A stretch of DNA of 64,000 nt from Mytilus trossulus (taxonomy: Eukaryota). A model generated the notes under the pieces. It was not told the origin of the DNA, did not search any database, and saw only the letters and a program-made list of their open reading frames with translations. The stretch lies in NCBI RefSeq assembly GCF_036588685.1, contig NC_086378.1:85188001-85252000 (forward strand). Direction: 5' to 3'. Within the stretch, counting starts at the first letter, position 1. Every line of letters begins with the position of its first letter. The translations under genes and the position numbers were made by a program. Shown piece after piece: positions 1-12,689 of the stretch.

Positions 1-361
1 CCTTTTTAAACAGAAATTGAATGATAAAAGTATTTTAACGCTTTATAACTTAATACTGACATGTTTCACTTTTATGAAGTTGAGTTTGTGAAAGGACATC
101 TTCCTCAAAAACAAAACAACTTAGTTAAAAACTAAGACCAATACCTGATGATATGGGATTAATTTGAAATGTCCAGTGGCAAAATAATTTTGTGAAATTA
201 GATATCTATTTTAATGCATAGAAACACACTTTAACAATTTACACAGGCTCAACAAGAAATCAGTCTATACAAAACTCATACCAATCAAGGAGAAAAGATT
301 AAAAGTAAGAATAACAGGTGTATATCTGGTGTAGAATCATTGTCGTAAGGAAACCTTCGAA

Positions 362-3300
362 CTATGCAACATAATAACAGTAGTACACTTCAGTGGTATC
401 TGTTTTCTTTGGATGAGTTCCACCATCACTGCTGTTGTTCCTGTCATCTTCATCGTCCGTCTTCACAGATTCCTGACGGACAGTCATTCCACGTACACGC
501 TGGCACGACGAGGTGTACTGGTACAAATAAAAAGGCTCTCTGGTTGGTAGATTAATGTAACTGTAGGCCGAGCCATCAGACCTATTAAAATTTGATAATG
601 TAGAAATCATGTATTGATCATAAATCTAACCTTCTTTAAATTTCTAGGAATATCATTAGTTAAAAGTGACCACGTGGAAAACATGTATATTTCAAAAGGG
701 ATTTGTAGGCGTGGTATATTTTAATACACGGCTAGTAGAGGTGTTATGTTCCTTTATTAAAAAACACGGCGTCGGAGAATTATAGAAACATTTAAACTGC
801 TTAACACATAACGACACTAACGACGAAAAATTATAAAAAATACAGAAAAGGCTTATCAGTTGTTGCTATTGGCATTTTACTTTTTATATGGAAGACTTGA
901 TCCCTTTTGTAAGCCATAAGTAAACAATGCCTCATGTTAAAATAGTTTATAAGATATATTCGTTACACATTATCAAAGTGACCCAAAACGATATATATCG
1001 TTTTAGGGCACGAGAAAACTGTGTAATTAATAATATCTCTACTCATGTTCAAGTGTTTTAAATGTGACATATATCTGAACATTAAACTGTTTGCCTGCTT
1101 TTTGCTGCTAAACAAATACAAGTATTTTGAAATCGTGTATTATCCATAAAGATGATATTTTTCTTTTTAATACGTTTTCCCATTAAATCTTCTCAAGAAC
1201 TACTTGATTGTAATAAAGATATTTAAATGGTATCTGCTAATATTTGTGACGAAGCTGTATATGTTTAGATGAAGCTATGTGTAGTAGTTTCTAAAAAATC
1301 AAATAGTCCGCTTTACATATTTCTCATTATGCGTCGTTTTAATGTAATTTTATCCGAATTTGAAGCGTACAGGTAACGTAATAGCCTCCACTTTGTAAGT
1401 TTTCATTTGTATGACGTCACGTTTAGCCATGACTTCTTTTTACCAAAATCATTCATGAATTTTCGCGGAATTTTTTTTTATTTGACAAATTTAGACATTT
1501 TTTCAAGATTTGTCGTATTTTTTCTTTTTGTAATGCATTAGAATCGGAATAACAGTACTGTAGTTGAAGAGTTGCCACCATCAATTTCGATTTCGCTACG
1601 CGTCGCCAGTTAAACTGCATTTGCGACAGTCAAATCTACAATTGACAGTGGCAATTCTTCAACTACAGTACTGTTATTCCTTAAATATAATGGTATATTC
1701 TAATTATGAAAATGAAGACTGGAACTGATTTCAAAGTGGTTTTTTAATAACACTGTATAATTGGTTCCCATCAAATAAGCCTAAGACAAAATTTGAACTA
1801 TGCAAACAGTTATCAAAGGTACCAAGATTGTAATTTAATACTTCAGATGCGTGTTTCGTCTACAAAAGACTTATTAGTGACACTCAGATCAAAATAGTTA
1901 TTAGCCAAACCAGTACAAAGTTGAAGAGCCTTGATGACCCTAAAGTGTCAGCGTCCATGAACCATAATGTGAGTAATGAACTCTATTTAAATGAGACTTG
2001 CAAATGGTCATAAATCTGCATACGGAATATCATTAACTAAGTCAAAGTGCGACAAAATAAATGAGCTTAAGTTAAAAACATAACTTATTAAATAGTTTTC
2101 AAAAGTACAAGGATTCTAATTTTGTACGACAGTTTCGTGTACATAAGACTCATCAGTGACACTCATATCAAAACATTTATAAAACCAAACAAGTACAAAG
2201 TTGAAGAGCAATGAGAATCCAAAATTCAAAAACGTTGTACCAAATACGAATAAGTTCATCTATGCCTGGGTAAAAAAAAAACACTTTTTTTCGAACAATT
2301 CAAAGTTTGGACAACAGGAAATTTATCATAATGACCACATTATTGATTTTCATGTCAATGCCAAAATGTTGACTCCTGGACTGATGATACCCTCTGGGAC
2401 GGAACATACACCAGCAATGGCATCGACCCAGGAGTGTAAATAGTTATATTTTTTTGGTACAAGGATTATAATCTAGTACACCAGACGTTGACGAAAAAAT
2501 GACATACCTGCAACAGTACTCTATTTTTGTGTTCCTGTCGTAGACTCCATATGGAAGAACACCACCATGTGAGTTAGCATTTGCATTATCCTCGTCGTCC
2601 CAATAGATATTGCCAGTGGAAAATCCTATGAGTAGATATTTGATTTAAACGGTCATTATTTATTATACTGTGGATACATTATCATCGTACTTCTTTTACA
2701 TTTCTTAGAATATAATTGTTTAAAAGCAACCGCGTGGAGACAATAAACTTAAGATAAGTAGGCGGAGCTTCAATCAACGGACAGCAGTTGTAATACGTCC
2801 CTTTATAAAGACAACATAGTGTTTAGGGAAAACCTAAAAAGTTTCAACGAACGAAGAAATTTATGTGAACGATTGAAAAAAAATTCATGAAACACATTTA
2901 ACGGTAACAAGTTGTTAATGTTGGCATCTGATTTAGATACACCAATGAAAGTAGGGTTTTAATACTAGTTGTATTGAAGACTTGATCTTTTTTTATAGGT
3001 CACTAGTCTAAGAACCATATGCTAAGCCAATCGATTAGATGAATTCGGTACAAAGTGTGCTACTGACTTAATATAACACCATATTGAATTTACGCAAACC
3101 TCTTTCGCCAAAACAAAACAGATTTCGCCACTTCATTATTTTTTTCGCCAAGTAAATATTTTTCGTGTTTAAAATGTACCTTTTTGTTAACCCCCCTCCC
3201 ACACTCCCTTAAAAAAGATGACTTTGTTTATGATTATTCTGTCAAACTTATTTTAGAGTCTACATTTTAATGAATAAACACAAATATTTACTTTAAAACA

Positions 3301-5879
3301 AAAGACTTTTTTTAATCAAAAGGGTAAAATATGCATTGTATTTTAAACAACTTTTCTAAATTAACGAGGGGGACACTATACTTGGATTAATAAAGAAGAT
3401 ATAAGTCCTGAAATATAACAAAATTAATGGAAATGTTTTGATATGATCAAAACAGTATAGTTCGTAGGGAAAGTTTCTTTATAAGAAAAATACTGATGTG
3501 CCCTTTTGTACTAAGTGTATTTTACAACAGACCAAAAGCTTTCATCAAATGACATTGATCCCTCATAGCATGTGTAGTCATTACATCTGTTTAATAGATT
3601 TCGTCATAACGACAGTTTTCTTTTCGTGACCATCGAAAATTAAAAAAAAATGGGACGTAAAATCATGCTTGAAACAAGTGTGTCATTCAAACGTCTTTAA
3701 AGTAGTCTCCCTTGTCAATTACCTATATTAAAGTCAGAGGATAATTCAAGTTTTAAATCGGAGATTTTTCTTGCTTTTGAATATTTTTCGTTACAACAAC
3801 AGCTTTCTTTTCTAAATTATCTTTAATAGGGGAGGTGACGTCAAAAGTTTGCTTCAAACACGTGCGTCGCAACGTGATAAACAAACTCTGTATGTGACAT
3901 TAAGTAGAAGCCATTTAACCATATCATTTTGTCAAACAATTCAATCAACACCTTTATTAAATAGTCCTTTGTAGTCGATAGCTATAAAATGCAATCAGCT
4001 GATTTTTTTGTCTAACTCTTAATGAGGTCGAGGTAAATTCCGAATGTTGTCTAATCGGATGAAGTCCGAGAAACTCGAAAAAAGTAAAAAAACAAGATGG
4101 AGGAAAATAAATCGTTATATATATTAATTTCGCCAAATTCTTACACAAATGACGAATTTTTATCGGTATAATTATTATGTTTTCGCAAATTGCTAAAATG
4201 GCGACCGCCAGTGGAAACCCTGGGTCCAATGCAAGGACCCTATAAGTAAATCAATATTAACGCCAAAATATGCAATCTTTAATGACCTAACAACAGTATC
4301 ATAACTATATCCTTTCTTAATAAATTTATTTAAGGTTTTGTTAGCTTCTGAGTTGATAACTGACATGTTTGTGCTTTATTAAGAGTGCTGTTTGTTTGAT
4401 AATATTTAGTTAAAACTTAAGTGACAAAAACATGGATATGATGTTTGGAAATCAAAACTGTAGACAAACCTGAAGGACATGAACTCCCATATCTGGCAAT
4501 ACAATAATTTCCACTTGGCCAGGATCCTGATCCGCTGTAGGATGTTTTTGTACAGTAATACAACTTTGTATTTCTACCAAAAGTACCTAGACGTACATAA
4601 AGAAAAGTAAATGCTGGTTTTATTATTAAATACTTATCCATTTATCAATCTAATTAAACATATCAAAATCGGCATCTGGTTTTTTTTCTCCGTTTTTCCG
4701 TTTGTCTATTAATTAATGATTTCTTTAGATTTAGATATTCATTCTAAACAAGTCAAGTTACACGCTTGCGATTATTTTTTTATTTGATTGTTTCATTTCG
4801 CTAAATGCTTTTTCTTTGACTTAATTTTCTAATTCATGCAAAACAAAATCCGATACGACTGAATCATTTGTACTAAGATTGAATGTTCAATTTTGGCTCA
4901 GAAATCCAGTTATTTCACGGCGACAAATATCGTTAGAGACTTATACTTGGGTGTCCGATAATTCCATGTCGTGTTATCATACTGGTTATTAATAATTATT
5001 CGATAGATTAAAAATAATTTTTTGTGTTGATATGATTTTGAATATATGTGCTCACTCAAAGATTTTGTATCTCATGATTAACTTGCAAAACGGACTTTTT
5101 AGACGCTTTACATCATTATTTAAAATATGCAAAAGTTGACCAAAATACTAATAAATACATTACCTTGCAAATTATGGTAATACAGCATCCAAAATTTATA
5201 CTGTCATCTTTACATATGTTTCAAACGTTTCGGGTTTTATTAATGCGTCAAATCTTTTATCAGTATCATTAATAACAAATGAAGTGTGCTTACCAAAGAA
5301 GTGATGGCTAATACTTGGGGTTACAGAATTGACATTATTGCTATCTTCATTGTCCTGGTACCTCCATCCTTCGGCCCATCCTGATGGGCATCCAGATTTT
5401 GGTTTTGGAAGCGAGTACCTTCCACTAGGCCAACTAACTTAAATTATAAAATAGATGTTTTAATGCATAGTTGTACAACTTTAGTAAATAGTTCGTCTGA
5501 ATTATTCCTTACAAGTACCATCCTCTGATGCAGAATCTGAAAAAAATATACTTAACGCAGTTAAAATTTATCAAATTGGCTAACTGAAACTCTTTTTTAA
5601 GAATATAAAAATTGCATTTTATAATGGGTAGACTGTAAATTACAACGAACCTATATGATTTAAAAGTAGAAGTTATGAAATTATTTAACTTTGTGTAGAC
5701 TTTAGATATGCTTCAAAAAGATTTGATTTATAATGATTCACCAGGGTAAATGTTATCAAGTCAGATTGTAATCTGTATTTAACAATGAATCGCACCTAAT
5801 ATAAATTTGAACAAAAAGGACAAAACATTCCTGCACAAGCAGATGCAATCATCAAAAACAGAATAAACATGTTTTCCAT
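362..5879 (-). CDS. Secreted ApeC-domain (apextrin-like) protein, copy 1, 215 aa if spliced like its paralogues
   Basis: Coding exons 5879-5831, 5437-5294, 4586-4470, 2625-2508 and 581-362 join in frame (648 nt). Signal peptide MENMFILFLMIASACA, then WPSGRYSLPKPKSGCP, WPSGNYCI, YCCR, three DxED motifs (DNED, DDED, DDED) and 8 Cys, typical of the ApeC domain. The first coding-exon donor reads GAATGT rather than GT. Confidence 0.85.
2090..2487 (-). mobile_element. Hammerhead-bearing ~350 bp repeat (retrozyme-like), degenerate copy
   Basis: Terminal direct redundancy (aaatagtt...ggtac..ggattataat at ~2090 and ~2438). Minus strand reads CTGATGAGTCTTATGTACACGAAA. A partial preceding copy lies at ~1805-1945. 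Confidence 0.7.
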
Positions 5880-6167
5880 CTTGATCTGTTCTCAACTTAA
5901 ATAAAAGAAGTCGTAAAAATATATTTATCACATAGTTCACTATTTATGTAGTATACATACATTTAATACTGGAATCTATTGACAAAAAGAAAGTCAGAAA
6001 AACTGCGTGTTAAAATTATTTTTTAACAAGATATATTGAAGCTTTGAATTAAAAAAAATTGTAATTGTTAAAGATTCGTACAAAATATGATTCACAAATA
6101 TTTACACCTCTTCAACTGCATAACTAAAACAAACGAAACAGTCTCATTAAAATATAAAGATACATAC

Positions 6168-6345
6168 CTTAAGCGACCTGAACTTCAACAATTGACAGAC
6201 TGATTATACTTAAAAGAAAATTGTCATTAAATAATAAGTTTTGACCAATAGAATATCAAAGGAAATTAAAAATGCTGCGTCAATCTACAGTGAAAGTACA
6301 AGGACATTTTTGATTTCTTTTGACCTTGTTTGTACTGCGCAGAAT
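6168..6345 (-). promoter_or_regulatory. Putative core promoter and non-coding first exon of ApeC copy 1 (homologues at ~16489-16660 and ~30839-31010)
   Basis: Minus-strand donor AAG|GTATGT at ~6168, TCAGT initiator-like motif at ~6200, TATTTAA ~30 bp upstream, and CCAAT, ATCAAAGG and CAAGGACA blocks shared by all three paralogues. Confidence 0.5.
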
Positions 6346-9300
6346 AGTACTAAAACTTACAATATGATTATAATATGTATTATTCATAAAAAAACACGCA
6401 GAAATTGATACAGAGTAACAAACTTATCCTAAGTGATGATCATGGTTTAAAAAAGTAAGAAAATAAGCAGGTGTAATCAAAAACAAAAATCGGGGATTGA
6501 CATAACCTAGACCAAGCATAAAACATGATACCAACAAAAACTGATATATTGTGCCTATAGTTTGTTTTCCATTGTATCCACGTAAATACGTAATTCATAT
6601 GTTTTTTTTAAGAGGGTTAAAGAAGTGTCAACAACTTATGACAATTGTTTTAATACAGTCAAACCCATTAAAATCTGGGGATAGTAAGATTAAACAAACA
6701 TATGTCCCCAGTACACGGATGCCCCACTCGCAATATCATTTTCTATGTTGTAAAGACCTTGAAATTGAGATGAGAACTCTAATTTGACATTGAAACTAGA
6801 AAGATCATATCGTAGGGACCATGTGCACTAAGTTGCAAGTTGATTAGACTTCATCTTCATCTATAACTACCTTGACAAAATTCTTAAACCTGAAGCGGGA
6901 CAGACAGACGAACAAACGGACGCAAAGACCAGAAAACATAATGCCCCTCTACTATCGCAGGTGGGGCATCCAAATAGTTTCAAGTGCGTGTATTAAACCT
7001 ATCACACTTTATTGTTTACTGTAGCATTCTTACATCCTGTTATTTATAGTACCTGGAAATTTCAAAGCATATTTTTTCGTTCCATTTCATACGTCAATTA
7101 ATGCGCTATTCAAATTACAGATAACAATAGACTATCGCTGTTTGAATCACGAGTTAAAGTACAAATCAAACCCGGTTCAATCCAATGTGTACATGTAGCT
7201 ATATTTTCTGATAATGTTTAATATGATAAAAAAAGGTAAGCAATGTAGATGATTATACAATCTTACGTATAAATTCTTTTGAATTATTTACATTGCAAGA
7301 AATTGCTCTACATAAGATGCAAAACCATTGTGGACAAGTATGATCTTGAAGCTTTTACCTTAAAACATTCTGTATACGACACAAACACTCACTTAATTAA
7401 ACAAATATTAACAAATAGAAAAACGATGAATCATTAAAACAGTAATTACACATTCTATTAGTTATACTAGTTCGAGAAGGAAATATGCAGTTTTCTCAAG
7501 AAAAACAAATCAATATTAGAATTTTAGAAATATAACACTGAAATGACAACATTATATGACAGGACAACGGTACAAATAAATGCAAGAGCATTTAGGACAT
7601 ACATGTAGAAATAGAAAAAATAACAAGTTCAACTATAGTACATTTCTATAAGGAAATAGTTATCAAATGTGCCAGGCTTATAATTGTATACACCAGACGT
7701 GCGTTTCGTCTACATAAGACTCATCTCAAATCGTGGTTCTATGGCGTGAAACTAATTTTTATGCAAGCATTATGGTGTGTTTACAAAAGTTTGTCTGATA
7801 CCTGATATCTTTAAACAAAAAAGGGAAAGAAATTGTTTTGGCTGAAGAACCCTTATTTGGAAGGTATACAAATGTATGTATTTGAAATAACCTGGGTTTT
7901 TTTACTTTCTGTGTGTAACTTACTTAGCATCTGCATATATTATTGACTATATTATTTATTGTGACTTTTTTTTTAACGCATCATGTAAATGAACGAAATT
8001 TGATGAGATTGTTATTAAAGTGAGAGGGTTAGCGCTATAGAACCAGGTTAAATCCACCATTTTCTACATTTGAAAATGCCTGTACCAAATCAGGAATATG
8101 ACGTTCTTGTCCGTTCGTTTTTTATGCGTTTTGTTATTTGATTTTGCCATGTAATTATGATTTTTCTAAATTGATTTTCCTCTGAGTTCTATTTTTGTGT
8201 ATATCGAAGTGGATATACAAGGTGTTATCAACTAGTCTTTCCCTGTCTGAATAAGATTAACTTGCATTAAAACCATTTGTTCTAAATATTTCTTATACTG
8301 TAATCGAACTTATTTTCGGGGACGCGGCTTTTTATATTCGAGGTGTTCTATTTATTTCGAGGTATTTATATAGGAGAAGATCGAAGTTGAACATATTCGC
8401 GACGATATGCATTTTCACGAAAGTCTCGTAAATTAGTTGATTAACAGTATATTTTTGTCAAATCATTTTTAGTTTATTTATAAATGAAACGCACAATTCT
8501 TTTTCACAACAGAAAATAAATGAGAAACAAAAATAAGGACAATTGTTTACAAAATATAAGCATATCGGTTTAAAAATTGAATGAACGTAAAGTAAATTCC
8601 GAAAGTAGTGGTATTATTTTACCTTATCTGATAAAGAAGTGAACTAATCGGTATCATTTGATAGGCCAGCTAATTGTTATGGTATAATTAAGATATGTTG
8701 TATATAAATCATTTGTGGACAAAATATCGCCAAAAAAACTACGTCAAAAATTATGACTCGAATAAAAGGCATAGACGATATTATTCACCAAATTTCTATA
8801 TTTGTTATATGACAGACTGATATGTTCATAAATATAAATATTGTTTACAAAAATATTTGAAATACTAAGGCTTTCGACCCCAGGAATAGAGCACCTTGGC
8901 TGAATTCGGCAAAACTTAAAGGAAGTTTTGGTCCAAAAATTCCTACAAGACAATGCTCTTCAACTTCGTATTCTATATAACCTAAAACATGTTTTTGATT
9001 CGAGCATCACTGATAAGTTTTTTATAGACAAAACGCGCATCTAGCAAATATAAAATTTTAATCCTGGTATCTATAATGAGTTATTTACCTTGTTTCTCAC
9101 TTTTGATACGGAAAACATCAATTGATGACGACAAGGTCATAACGTATTGCTTATACAGAATTCTAGCATCCTGTAATAACACTACGTTATAAAATTTTTG
9201 TCGTTCTTTTGTACAACATCAATAAAATGCGCTATTGAAAAAAAACCTTGAGTATTTAGATACCACTACGCAAAATAAAAGCTACACACGTACTGATAAT

Positions 9301-12300
9301 TCATGAAGAATGGGTTCTGTTCCGTGCTATCAAACTATGACCTTTATTGGGAATACAATTTCAAAAATATATATTAAAATTTTTTCATTGGTATTCATCA
9401 AGATAATAACTTTTAACAAAACTTGGAATTTTTCGAAAGTCTAACAATTTTCTACCCCAGAAATAGATGATAATCTTAACTGTATTTGACAAACTTTTCG
9501 GAAATGTTGGTCCTTTATGCTCTTCTATTTTATACTTTATTTGGCCCTTTGAATTTGTTTATTCGAGCGTCACTTTCAGACTAAAAAGCGAGACTGGCAA
9601 ACACAAAGAATCCTGGTATCTTTTTGGACACGTCTAGAATCTTTTTCTGCATTTTATTCTGGTCAAGAAATTAAAAACAAATTACAGAAATCCAAGATAA
9701 ATTTAAACGTGGGAAGTCCTTTAAAACTGTCAATATAAAATTATCAACCCATGGAACGACTGAATTTGATTGCTTGAACATTACACATTCATCATAAACA
9801 ATCATAGTTTTCACGCCATTTTAAATCTTATATTAAAACAACTAAACTTACTACTTAGTTCTGTTATATCAGTTGTTTGTCTTTTTGTTAGTTCATTTTG
9901 TGCTTCGTGCCCATCAGGTTATTTGTTGGATGTTGTGTTTAACATGAATCATAGGTAAAAAAAAATCCTACACGAGGAAAAACTTCTATAAGAAATAAGT
10001 TGACAACTATGACCGTGATGACATGTTCCTAATTATTTATACTATTTTGCTGATAATGTTTGGTATTTTTTCTGTCTACTATGGTTCTTGCATGAATACT
10101 TGGATATAAAAAAAAGAAGATGTGGTATGATTGCTAATAAGACAACTCTCCTTAAGAGACTTAAATGACAAAGAAATATATGAATGAACGAAAAACAAAT
10201 ATGCAACACATAAATAAACGATAACCACTTAATTACAGACTCCTAACTTGGGACAGGCACATACAAGAAGAATGAGGCGGGGTTAAACATGTTAGCAGGA
10301 ACCTATTTGAAACTTATCTGAAAGGTAAAACCTTCTTTCAGAGGTCAATTGACGATTTCGGTCGTATATAGTTATGTCTTAATAGATTTATTTCTACTGA
10401 CAAATATTTAAAAGAAATTAAATGTCTCCATATATAATTGTTTTGTTTGCCAAAAAAGGATAAAAAGTTATCAAAGGTACCAGGCTTATAATTTGGTACA
10501 AAAAACGCGCGTTTATTTCAACATAAGACTCAATATCATCATTCAATGTTAATAACTACTATACGTGGTCAATTGATTGTTAATGCAATGTTCCAATTCA
10601 TTTATTTTTAGATCTCACGATTGATTTCACGATACTAACCGACCACTTTGGCTATGAATTGACATTTCAATGGCAATAACTCTAAACTGGAATGTACGAA
10701 TTTGTTAAAGAATTCCAGGGGAAAAAAAACTTATTATTATGTTCGTCATTTTATTTTTTCTCTTACTATTTCTGATATTTATGTTATCGAAACCTCTACC
10801 TGAAGGCGTTTAACCTGGTCGGCTTCGCTCAAACTACAACTGTTTTACAGAAAACTCCAATGAAATGCTTCGCTAAGCGCAGCCTGAGACGACCGCAGTG
10901 GTCAAACATTGAAACTGAAATCAAAACATTAAAGAAATAAGATAAAGATTTGTTAATAATATAGCAGCATTGTTTGGGGGTAAATTCTATTCAATAATAA
11001 CATCTTTCTAGTTGCGAGATCATTAGGTTTCATCAGCCGTGAGCGTCCTTAAATTGTAAGAAAAAGATAAAATCACATAACTACTGAACTCCGATGAAAA
11101 TTAAAAACGAAAAGTCCTCCAGTACTGAAACCCTTCTATCCTTTATGGGTAGACTTTACATAGATAAATTAAGTCGTTTAAGAAAAGCAAAAAAAGTATG
11201 TTAAATTTGATGTATGCCTTTTTGTGCTTCTTTGTTACATTTATTGTTTTTATAGTGATATTAAGATGATTACACAATATTGACTGCTGTACCCCTATTT
11301 TTGACATTTTTACTCTTTGAGTATGTTTGTTTTGTTCATACATCGTTGACAATGTAATGGAATTTGACGCGACTGTCATACAAGTGATGGATTTAGCTAG
11401 CTATAAAACCAGGTTTAATCCAACATTTTCTACATTACAAAATGCCTGTACCACGTTAAAATATGACAGTTGTTATCCATTCACTTGATGTGTTTACACT
11501 TTTGATTTTGCCTTTTGCCTTTTGATTTTCCTTTCTGAAATTTCCTCGGAGTTCAGTATTTTTGTGTTTTTACTTTTTCAAATGGCAAAATCAAAAGCTT
11601 AAAAGTTATCAAAGGTACCAAGAATATAATTTAACATGCCAGAATTCATAGAACTCATTACTGACGCTTAGATCAAAATTGCTATTAAACCAAACAAGTA
11701 CAAAGTTGAAGAGCATTGAGCACTCAAATTCCAAAAAAATGGTGCCAAATACAGCCAAGGTAATCTGTGCCTTGGATAAGAAACTCTTTAGTTTTTCGTA
11801 AAAAATCCAATTTTTGTAAACAGGAAATTTTTGAAACTGACCAGGATTATTAAAGTACAAGATCATTGAGGACTCAATAAAACAATGGATAACAACTCTC
11901 ATATTCCCGACTTGGAACAGGCACAATACATTTATGATAAACAAAACTTAAAGATGGCAAACATATTTAAATCAAAGACTTGGTAAAGTCATAGCGAATT
12001 CTTTTTTTCTTGTAGATTTTTCAAAATTTAAAGACTGAAAGAAGGACAATCAAGTAATTTAAATATATTTACAGCAGGAAAAACTACTACCAAACAAGAA
12101 AAAGGAAAGACAGCAGACAAACTAAGAAAAACAACAAATACAAATTAATTTTGATTCAATCACAGATTGTTACAAATGCATTTAAAGGGCAGGGAAATGG
12201 AAAGAAATTGACCTAATATGATCATTTGAAAATATTCTACTGTTGTCTATCAATGATGTTATGTATAGTTTCTTTGTTGTTGGTTGTTCACTTTTCTGAA

Positions 12301-12689
12301 CGTAAATATGTTCTTTACAACCAGAAAAGAAACAGTTCAACCATTTAAAACTCCTGAAGGTCAGGCACTGACATTGAATCGTAATATCATTGTTTCAATT
12401 TCTTTACATCATACAAACAACTTTTCACAGGTTGATCAGTTATAGTGCACCATTTTTAGTACAGAAAGGCTGAACAAATGATAATGATTGATGACCGATA
12501 AACTTTCAGTGGCAAAATAATTGCAAGAAATTAAATATCTATTTTTAATGCATAAAAATATACTTTAACAAATAACTCAACAAGTCTAACACGAAATCAG
12601 TCTATAATGTACTCCAACAAATCAAACAGGAAAAGATCCACTGTGGTGAACATAGTTGTCTGACGGATTCCTTCAAAGAAGGCGAATTA

